NCBI GenBank assembly: GCA_022813965.1 | Contig: JALDZS010000215.1 | Span: 1-37,103 of the forward strand | Reading direction: 5' to 3' | DNA length: 37,103 nt | Source of the DNA: Toensbergia leucococca | Lineage: Eukaryota | Shown here: positions 23,709 through 33,868 of the stretch, in pieces | How positions within the stretch are numbered: position 1 is the stretch's first letter | Layout of the letters: every line of letters begins with the position of its first letter | The notes under the pieces: generated by a model | Told to the model about the DNA's origin: nothing | The model's input: the letters and a program-made list of their open reading frames with translations, nothing else | The model's database searches: none | Made by a program: the position numbers and the translations under genes

Positions 23709-25273
23709 ATGATCTCCCGAGCCTCGCTCGGCCGCAGTGCGCAAATTGCTCTCCGACCGCAATGCCTCGCTCGATTGAACAGTCGCCGTGGTCTAGCTGA
23801 TGCAGCATCAGGCTCTTTCTCATATCAAACCGGTGAAGCTACTGGGGTGAAGTTTGCTAGTCGGGACCTAGCAGGACCTACCACATCTTTGGCAGTGGTA
23901 GCAAAAGCTGGGACACGGTATCAGGCGTTGCCAGGCTTCTCTGAGGGTCTCGAGAGATTCGCCTTCAAGGTTGGAATAACATACCTGTTCACGGCGTGTC
24001 TCTTGTGCATGTAATTAACTAATTAATTCTTGCTTGTTGTAGGCAACGCACAGACGCTCCGCCTTACGGATCACGCGAGAAGCAGAGCTTTTAGGAGGTC
24101 AACTTTCTGCCTACCATTCGAGGGAAAACCTTGTGATAGGTGCCAAATTCTTGCGGGAAGATTTACCCTACTTTACAGAATTGCTGGGCGAGGTCATTTC
24201 CAAGACCAAATACTACCGTATGTACTCAGGCGGATTCTGAAGCAAGAGGCTGATTCAATGTCCAGGTCATGAACTCTACGAGGAAGTTCTCCCAATTATC
24301 AAGCTCTCCCAGAAGGCCATGCTCGGCAGACCTATAGAATTGGCTATCAATTCCGCACATGGGGTTGCATTTCACCGGGGTCTCGGAACACCACTTCACC
24401 CTTCTTCCTCTACACCAATGACGAAGTACCTCAACGAGCAGTATCTCGAAGCATATAGTCATGCAGCGTATGCCAAATCTAACTTTGCGGTTGTCGCGAA
24501 TGGTACCAGCCACGAGGAGTTATCAAAGTGGGTCGGCGAATTCTTTACAGATTCCCCTAATTCACCACCCTCGGACGTCCCGGCAGTGGATATCGCCCCT
24601 TCAACATACTATGGCGGAGAAGAGCGCATCGCACATGACTCGGCAAATACTATAATTCTAGCTTTCCCTGGCTCAGCATCATTCACTGCAGGGTCTTACA
24701 AACCTGAAATTTCAGTCCTGGCGACACTCCTCGGAGGCAGTTCGAATATCAAATGGTCTCCAGGGTTTTCATTACTCTCAAAAGTCTCTGCGGCTCATTC
24801 ACGTGCACATATCACAACCACCCATGCTTCATATTCCGACGCCGGCCTATTGTGTATTTCCATCTCGGGCGACGCCAACCATGTCAAGGCAGCCAGCAAA
24901 GATGTGGTTAAAACCCTTAAGAGCATTGCTGCTGGCGAGTTCAGCCAGGAGGACATCAAGAAGGCTGTTGCGTCTGCCAAATTCGAAGCTTTGGAGGCAG
25001 GGCAGAATATTGCGGCAGGTCTCGAATTGACAGGAGCTGGTCTTATCCAAGGTGGCAAGGCGTTTCAGATTGACGCTCTTGGTAAAAGTATTGATAGTGT
25101 GACGGAAAATCAGGTTAAAAAGGTGAGAGCCTTCGCTTGTCTGCACTATGCGCGGATGCTGATTTGCTCATTTCTAGGCTGCCACATCGCTTTTGGATGG
25201 TAAAGCAACTGTATCAGCTGTCGGCGATCTCTTTGTCTTACCATTCGCAGAAGAGATGGGCTTGAGTGTCTGA
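23709..25273 (+). CDS. QCR2: Ubiquinol-cytochrome c reductase core subunit 2
   Basis: Arg-rich mitochondrial presequence MISRASLGRS..; KAGTRYQ..LERFAFK / RSALRITREAELLGG, AHGVAFHRGLG, LLGGSSNIKWSPG, VSAVGDLFVLPFAEEMGLSV*; three introns. Confidence 0.95.
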
Positions 25274-25818
25274 AGCGACGGTCGAGCGAATCTTGTGTAT
25301 ATCAGAAACGTTTAGAATGGGCTCCCACGGCGCTTGAGACTACTCAGGCCTTTACTGACCATAAGTTCTGATTAACCCACACTTTAAATCTTACATGTAC
25401 ATATGTATCCGTACATGTTTGGACGATGTCAAGTAATCCTATAGATTCAATCGTGGTGATGACTGAGTGGTAATAGGAATGTTAAAAGATACAACGATGA
25501 AAAAGATGGTACGTGTGAGCCAAGCAGCTAATGTATTCGTCCCTACGATACACTAACGCAGTGGATCTTATATTGGGTCGCTCGAGGTTTGTGAAACCTC
25601 GTCGGATGACTTCTATGTTACTTTATCAACTCAACAACTATACATAGATGGGAACAGCTATTTTGAACGGCTTGAGCTGACTAGACTAGTGAGAGTTTGC
25701 GTGTTTCTATTTCTTGATTGAAAATATACATACCCTCGCTATCTACTTTGCCGTCTGGAATGTGTCTGGTTATCCCACTGAGGTTCTTGGCTTCGCCGTT
25801 CAATCCAAGAATGCCTCA

Positions 25819-26150
25819 AATTACCACAGAGCGCATCCGCAGGTCCATTCCTTTTCTTTCCAGAAACTGTATACGGAGGCCCACGGATCTACAGGATGCC
25901 GGCCTGTCAAATTCCATGGCATATGCATGAGGCCAGAAATATCAGAGCATCTCCCATATTGATTTCCTTCCTTTCCAAGGACTGCGTTTGCAACCCTACT
26001 GATCTACATTTTGAACCGAGCACGGAGAGAATAAGTCGTAATCAAGCATCGCATCGGCCTTCCATATTTTATCGCACATTCGTAAGATCAGAAATATCAG
26101 AGCTTTCCCACAGGTAGATCCCCCTCTTGTCAATGAGGTTGAAAGTATCG
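25819..26150. repeat. Three degenerate direct-repeat units (about 115-155 nt spacing)
   Basis: CAGAAATATCAGAGC occurs at about 25934 and 26089. Units 1 and 2 share cagagc..ttcctt..ctttcca..actg..gatctaca; units 1 and 3 share cagagc..cc.caggt. Confidence 0.45.
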
Positions 26151-26857
26151 CAGGTGTCGCGTCATATTTAGGCACAAATGAGTTACCCTTGAATCATTCA
26201 GTTATTATGTTGTTCATCGCTCGCTTGCCATACTTCACTTAAAGCCGTTCAAGTTGAGGCTAGAGTTTTACTTCTTCCTAATAAGATACACACTCCAGAA
26301 GCATCGGCTGAGAGGGATGACCTTTTCTATCTCGGAAACGATTTTGGAGTGCGGAAAGCTGCTCGACCAGACGATGGAAGAGTGTCCCGGGTGAACGTTA
26401 TCGTACTCCAGAAAAGGCTTGGAGAATGGTCACACATACTCGAATATCTCGGCAATCATGATAGCCATCCAACAGCTGTAGAGTATGATGATGTTTCCTT
26501 CCTTCGCACAAAAGTATTTTGCAAAATACACACACGAAAACAAAATTTCCAAATTTGTTAAGGTACTCTAGGAACTGAAATATGTGATTCATGAAGAGAC
26601 TAATCACAACCTAATTTGCTGTGTGGTAGATGATTCTTTGTACTTACTTCATGTATGGAGTATGAAATTCCTCGATTTATATTGAGCTAAAACCGAGATT
26701 CCTACGCGTAGAATATGGAAATATGATTGGTCGACGATCCTTGAATATTTTAGGGTTAATCAGCCAGGTGGGTGGGTGGTCGACAAAGCTGCCTTCGGTA
26801 TTCTACGAGACTCATCCAAATACTTTACAGTGCCCATCAACTCCGAAATAAAGCACA

Positions 26858-27192
26858 ATGGCGTTCGCATGGAAGGCATCAGGCTTGACGTAAGCTTCAA
26901 TGGTACTCCAATTACTCTTGTACTGACGGTACGAAGCTATAATCGCTATCTCGCTGTCGCAGCCCGCGTAGTGCGACGATCCCTCAAAGAACAACCACGA
27001 CTACAAGCAGAGAGGAGAGGAGAGATGGATCTAAGGTTTGCTAAGTGGCAGGTGAGTGTTTTCGAGACTCATCTTCCACGCTCGGGGCTGATGTACTCTT
27101 CTTGATAGAATGGCAAGCAGGGTGAGAATAAGAACCTGGCGACAGCGAATGCGGCCGCGATGGCCGAGGGAGCCGGACAGGGACAACAGTGA
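26858..27192 (+). CDS. ATP15: Mitochondrial F1 ATP synthase epsilon subunit
   Basis: MAFAWKASGLT/YNRYLAVAARVVRRSLKEQPRLQAERRGEMDLRFAKWQ/NGKQGENKNLA...*; two introns. Confidence 0.95.
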
Positions 27193-27463
27193 CAGGATGT
27201 TGTGGAAGATAGCTGGGAAAGGGATCAGAAGGCAGGCAATTGGTGATTGAATGTACATTTGGTGGATGCTTCAAGCTGTACTACCTACTTACTACTCGTA
27301 CCTCTACGAAGTACGTTGACACGTGCTGCTAAAGTTCGCCTACTGTCAATGAAGACCTCTGAGTATCTACTCGCATACTTGTGTCTGCCATATCATATCC
27401 CTGTCAATCTATACATGTAATCATTCGCCTTTCGCTCATTGAACCTGATGTATTGTTCTCTCC

Positions 27464-30424
27464 ATGGCAGCTACTAACGGCGACGTCATTGCGAAAGGTA
27501 CCCACATTCCTGACGGTTAATTTGATTTGCTGACTTACTCGAGTGTGATTCAACGCAGATGCATCCAAGCTTCACGACAACTTAGAGGAGGAAAGCAGTT
27601 CGCTCTCAGTACCTAACCATGATCAAGCAAATAAAAATCCGCAGGATTTGCATCACGAAAGCAAGGCTCAAGATGTCACTGCTGCATTCACAGAGGCAGC
27701 ATCAGGTTTGTCGGCCCAATCGGTGCTGTCCTAACAGCAGTAAGGTTTACGCCTTGATAGCTCTCCATACTGGCCAACTCGTCAAGGATAGGTTCTTTAC
27801 CCTCTTTGAGGCTGTTGGGGCGCTGGAGGTAATACTGTCACCAGCAGGGAAAAGGCCTCCAGGGGATTCAGGGCTTGACACTGATACCCACATGAAAATG
27901 GCAGATCATGGATCCGAAAATGGACAGCGGATTTCTGCTACCGGGCGAGACGCTCGAAGATGATTACGACGTGCTTCGAACACTATTGCCCGAGGAGGTC
28001 ATTGGGATAATGGACCAAATGCTATGTTATGAAGTCAATTCTTTCCTTCTGACTGCATCCATGAGCCAAGAAAATATCTGAGACTGATTTAGGGTGAATA
28101 GATGGCATGGCACATGGGACATCCACTGTCTCAATCCCTCTTTACCTCGATTTACATCGATCGATTACTATGGCCAGAACCGAAGACTCTAGAAGAAGCT
28201 CAATTCAATAACCAAAAGAAGCCCCAGTTTCAGAATCCATTCTTGAATGTTGTTCTTCGAGCCTACTGCCTAGCATTGATCAAAACATGCGACTTCGTAC
28301 ATCGTAGGATAGGGTCGGAGCAGTACTATGAAGTCGGTATATGGTCTAGTCGGCTTCGCCACGCTCAGCGACTAAGATGGTCTAATTATCATCAAACGTG
28401 AGGCTAATTCTTGGATAGGAAGAAGATTTCGTGACGAATGTTTACAATCGAAAACTACTCACCGACTTTGATGTCTCTGACATCGAAAGTCTTCTAGACG
28501 GAGCTGTCGTCTGGGTCAGTCTGCAAAGAAACTCAATAAACTCAGAGATCAGAAATGCCATTGAGAATCGACTTGGACTTCGGAAGTCTCTACTTGCAGC
28601 CGTTGCATTGGACCTTGATGTCGTCAACCCCAATTACAGATATTCCTGGGGCCAATGCTCAGAACTTCTGCCTATACTTTTGCAGAGTACGAGTTCAGGG
28701 GTCTCGGTTGAGAATGCGTTCAGTGCAAAGATCCAACGCAGACTGGCTAGTAGTGTACCTCCCCGACCCATCGTAAAGACTAGCATCGAGGATGCCTGTG
28801 CACATCTTAGCATGCTTTCTCAACACGGTGTTGAGATTGTGCGAGTGTACGATTGTCGGGGAGGTAACAATACTTTGGTTCGTTCAGACAGAGAGTAGAG
28901 TAAGCTAATCGCCGGCTAAGTTTTGCGATAGAATTTTGCCTGGTCATTCCTGTCGCGAAAGCCACAGCCATCCGTTTACATTCGGTGTTTACTACAGTCC
29001 TTGATATTTACTGACATGAGGATCTCGGGTACCACGTCACTGAAACGATTCATATTCGAAGATCTCGAAGAGTTTGTACTACCAGCCAACTTACTCGTTG
29101 ATCTTCGCAATAGCGATGTCGAGGCGCCTCATGACAGAAGATTTCGGATTGCCAAATGCATGGAGAATTTCATTGGTCGGACCGGACAGGTTCGTTGCTC
29201 ATTCTAGGTCCATTTCTAAGTCTGAATCTGAATCTTTCGCTGATTCCGCGTAGTCTTATCTTGATATCTTCCGAATAATTTGCATGAATCGATCGAGGAT
29301 GCGGCGAATGCTCTGCCATCTCATCATCGATTGGGATAATCTACAGTTGGATGTCAGTAACTTTTGAGCTCCAGGTCGATCATTGTTACTAACGTGCTCC
29401 AGGCTGAAGAGCTCGATACCGAGCTTCGTACATATACTAAAGAAGAACCTCTATATGACACAAGTACCTCGAGTGACCCTCTCTGGTCATTTCCCTTATC
29501 GTCTTGGGCTTATTACCAGAAACTTCATCAAATGGAATGGATTATCCAACTTGGCTTCGAATTAGAAATATACCAGGTTGATGAGCTTGCTGGCATGTAC
29601 TGGTATGCGGCTCGAAACCCCTAAAATGAGACGATAGCCGAGATCTGATAGCATTTCACGTCAAGGTACCTTCAGCATCTAGCCCACATCAGGCTTCAAC
29701 ACCTAGAACGCATGCAAACGTTCGCCACCAGCAACCTCGCGCGGATCTCCAAGCCAACACATCAGCAAAGCGCCGCATATGGTCGATCATTCAGCTTCCT
29801 TAAATTTAGTATGCTTGAGGCATCGGCGACTCAATCTTTTGCCGAAGGTCTTTCGGGCGTGAGCTTTCACCTCCCGTCGCGTTTTGGTACTCATCAAAGC
29901 ACTAATTTCACTCCTAATAGCTCTTCACACTCTTGAATCATCTCTCTCTTCTACCAATACAAAATGACACTTTTCCATACAGTACCCTATCTCTTCGCTA
30001 CTCCCTCCGTATGCGCTCGTTCTTCTCCCTGTCCCTCCCAGAAGTCCCTTCCTACGCCTCGTTCGCCTCTCTTGTCGCTCCGTTGTCCGCGTCGGAGGAC
30101 AGCAACCAAGATTCAGCGCCGCCCAAGCACGAGCAGTTTTCATTATCTCTCGATGCAGCTGACCAAGCTCTAAAGATGGGGCGCAAAGAGTGGGATGCCA
30201 TCAGCAAAACAAGCGCCGAGGTCGCACGCTGCGAAGGTTGTGAGATGTGGTGGAGAAGTGATGTGAGAGATGTGCTAAGGGCGTGTATCTCGGCAAACCT
30301 TGCGATTTTGACGATAAGAAAAGCCCTAGCGCAGGGAAAGGCTGACAGTAGCGGATTGACGTCGGAGATTGGAAAACCCTACCATGCGTGGTGGATCGTT
30401 CCAAGCGTGCGTGCGGTGAGCTGA
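27464..30424 (+). CDS. MAK10: NatC N-terminal acetyltransferase auxiliary subunit Mak10/Naa35
   Basis: GQLVKDRFFTLFEAVGALE/IMDPKMDSGF, MAWHMGHPLSQSLFTSIYI, YYE/EEDFVT, CMNRSRMRRMLCH, LGFELEIYQVDELAGMYW, YHAWWIVP; many introns. Confidence 0.93.
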
Positions 30425-31039
30425 ATTTTGAAACAATTTTTATAGATCCAGTGCAATGATGATGCTCACTGGTGGATGTGCAAAGCCTTCCGTGGGAGAT
30501 AACAGAAGTTCAGAAGAAAGGCGGGGGTTTGCGAGGGATTGAATGAGATGATGCATGTGTAGATGAGATAGGAATCATGGTCATAGCAATGGGGAGTTTA
30601 GATACAGTCATGATCAACCTCTTACATCCAGCTGCTCGCCCCTTGCGTTCTGTCTCAGTACGAGAGATCAAGTCAACAGACAATATGATGGCTATTCCTA
30701 TGGCGCTGTATCTTTGAATGAAACAAGCAGCATTGATGGAGTGATGGTGAGGCGAAAAGAAAAAGGGGCTGATAGGGGGCAATGTGAGGCCGAGGGGTTG
30801 GGAGGTGAGGGATTGAGAGGGTTGAGGGTGTGTTAAGTGACTTGCTTGAAATGATAGAAATCTTTATCTCCTGGAAGTGTCCTTTCAAGCTATCTGATAT
30901 TCCTTTAATCTTTCAATCCTCAAGCCCTATATAATAAGATGAGGGATCTTAATCACATGACAAGTCAGTCAACACAAGTCTTCAAAACCTTAAATTTTGA
31001 TACATTATATATTTAAATAAAGTGATCATTCACATATAC

Positions 31040-31209
31040 GGGGTCGGATAGTGCAATGGGACAAGTCCCTGTCGTCTATTCTGCAAAAATCCTATACCAT
31101 ATTCATCTGGGTTCGAACCCCAGTGGTCTCAAATCGTTGCACGCATTATCGCTGTTTCCTGAGTCGCTACTGGCCCTTCAGCTACGGATGAGGTACTAAG
31201 TATATTTTT
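31040..31209 (+). ncRNA. Candidate RNA polymerase III transcript (tRNA-like promoter, unassigned)
   Basis: TATA-like TTATATATTTAAATAA 31005-31020; A box TAGTGCAATGG 31049-31059; T-arm-like hairpin CTGGG-TTCGAAC-CCCAG 31107-31123 containing the B box; TTTTT at 31205-31209. Confidence 0.5.
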
Positions 31210-31418
31210 GATTTTTCTTTGAGCAAAATTTCCTTGACATCTTGAGGCATAAATCAACGATATGATGCCTTTCCTCCAAATCCACATGACCAATGACCGA
31301 CACGAAATCTGACGATATACCTAGACAGTGGCCTGACTGTTTCTAAATTGATGCAGGTACATTAAATAAACAGCATTGACGAGGGAATTCGAAATTTCAT
31401 GTCAACTAGATCTCCAAA

Positions 31419-32784
31419 ATGTCCCAGATAACAGACCCTGACCGATTTTTCCAAACAACGTCAGCCACCTCATTTCCTCTCATCTCCCAACAACCCCACT
31501 GACACCTCCAACCCTAGACTCTCAATCGCCGAAACAAACCGCAAAGCACTAAAGTCCAAAAATAAGCAAGGCAATCTCATCCGGCTCCACAGCAAAATCC
31601 TAGCAATCATCCTAGACCCTACCGACGAAGGACGAGTGTACGTGGCAGAGAGTGCGGGGACAGCGAGGAGGATCGTGCTCGAAGTGGGTGAGAAGGCTTG
31701 ATTTCTATCCCCCAACAAAGGGCAACAAGTGACTTATATACAACCCTACTTCCCCTCCTCCCCAGGCAGATAACAAATCGCACTTCTACCGCGGCCCCAC
31801 TGCCCCACTCACCTGCCTCGCCCTCAGCCCGGACAATACCACACTTTTTGCCGGCTGCTGGGACAAAACCATCTGGAGCTGGAACGCCCTCACCCGCGCC
31901 CCCGGCAAGAAATACTATGCCCACGCAGACTTTGTCAAAGCCGTGCTCTGCGTGCGCATCAGCGGACAAGACTTTCTGATCTCCGGAAGCGCCGATGCGT
32001 GTATCGTGGTATGGGATCTGCACACGGGGCAAAAACTCCACGTGCTCAAAGGTCACTCGCGCGGAATCCAGGACCTGGCTATTGATCCTGCCATCTACGG
32101 GCATGACTCAACCACTGTGACTATCTTCAGCGCGGGCAGCGATCGGGAGATTCGGCGGTGGAGGATTGGTGCGCTGGAAGCGGCGGAGCTGGAAGGCGAG
32201 CGGCCGATTGTGGAGCATGAGACGAGCGTTTACCGGATTGTGTTTGATGCCGACGGGGATCTGTGGACGGCATCTGCTGACGGGATGGTCAAGTGCTTGG
32301 GGCGGGAGCGGGGGTGGAAAGCGGATACGGTGCTGAGGCATCCAGATTTTGTGAGAGATGTGGCAATTGAGGAGCGTGGGGGGTGGGTTGTAAGTGTGTG
32401 TAGAGATGAGGAGGTTCGGGTGTGGAATCGTGCCGTATGTCGTCTTCTTTCTCTTCATGTTTCCTGAACTGAGTTCGGTGGTCTTTCTGAGCTTACACTG
32501 GCTTGGTGTAGACGGGGGAGCTGCAACATACTTATTCGGGACATTTTGAGGAGGTCACTGGAGTGGTGTTGGTGAGGATGGAGGCTGTCAGTGTAGGGAT
32601 TGATGCTACGGTCAGGCGGTGGTCGCTGATGCCGGGGGACCTGGAAGCGGCCAAGAAGGAGGGTGATGGGGAGGGTGGAGGGAAGGAGGAGGGTGATAAG
32701 GTGGGGGAGAGTGATGTTCAAGAGGGGATGATGACTAAGGAGGAAGAGGATGAATTGGCTGATTTGATAGGTGATGATGAGTAG
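31419..32784 (+). CDS. WD40-repeat protein
   Basis: MSQITDPDRFFQT/..VYVAESAG../GPTAPLTCL..FAGCWDKTIWSW..HADFVKAV..LISGSADACIVVWD..GHSRGIQDL..GHFEEVTG; acidic tail; three introns. Confidence 0.88.
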
Positions 32785-33099
32785 GGAAGAGAGGGCTGGA
32801 GCGTGAGAGTGCAGGTGACTGCTATGAGGATGTGATTGGGATGATGCATAGCTGGTGAATAGGCTGAAAGATGCCACCCTAAAAGAATAAAAATATGGAC
32901 AACAAAACTCGAACATCTGAACCGAAGTCTGGGGGACAAGAGTATCAGGTCTTACGAGCTTCAATCCGGCCAGCAAAGTAACGTTCAAGAAAGAAAGGGG
33001 TTCAGGGGGTTCCGCATTGTACCCGGGTGTGGCAATCAGTATGATACGCAAACAGCAGCATCTACTGACCAATCTCCGAAAGTTGGAAAATATATAACA

Positions 33100-33670
33100 C
33101 TTGTTCATCTCACAGCACAAGTTGGACTTCTTTCCCACTTGGAGCATGCACAAAACCAGACCAACTCCCCCTTCTCCTCAAGAAGAAGCCACACTCAGAC
33201 ACCCTCAAGCAACTCTCTCCTCAAAAAGCTCAAGCCCATCATCCCATTATCATTTCCTCCCCCCCCAAAAAAAGCAAAATCACCAAACCACCTACCGCCA
33301 ACGAAAAACCAAGAAACATATCCATTGACTTGGATCGGGATGATGCATACTACTTCCTGTAAGATTATTGCGTAAAGGAGCATTCTTCTCCCACACACGA
33401 GGCTGGGGGAAACAATTGACGGCCGATCGCTCGATTCTGCAAACCCATCAAACACTGGCGCCTTGGACAGTAGTCCTTAAAGCCCTACTTTGGTAATCCA
33501 ACAAGCCCAGACTTCCAGGTACAAACCCCCAAATCGCAGCAGCAAGAGGTTGCGGGCATTGAGCGAAGAATTAGTGTGGGAGAAGTTTCCCATTGACTTG
33601 TCAAAGCATGCTGTCAGTGAATCAATCATTGGTAACATGGAAAGAGATGGTGCCATCTGGAGTTCATTCT
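33100..33670 (-). pseudogene. Possible decayed gene, weakly resembling glycosyltransferase family 32 (DxD)
   Basis: One minus frame has only sparse stops over about 190 codons and includes ARNLLLLRFGGLYLEV, reminiscent of the GT32 RxxxLxxxGGxYxDxD motif. Confidence 0.3.
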
Positions 33671-33868
33671 ATGTGCATTTAGCAGTTTTGCAGCCAAAAA
33701 TGATGTTGATAGCGACCATATGTATCTGCATAACCCCTTTCGCACTTCCAGTATCCATGTGACTAGGCTCCTGCACCCTTAAAGCAGATCGCAAAATCAG
33801 CCACGAAGCTTGCTACTCGACTATGTGCACACTCTGTTATTCATGTAGAGTGTATGCAAAAGACAGCT

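Noticed and set aside
31040..31131. Canonical tRNA-Cys (CT-GCA-AA loop at 31081-31087)
   Set aside because: Anticodon and D stems do not pair and the spacing is wrong; kept only as an unassigned Pol III candidate.
32455..33153. 232-aa minus-strand ORF
   Set aside because: Largely antisense to the G-rich WD40 3' end; low complexity.
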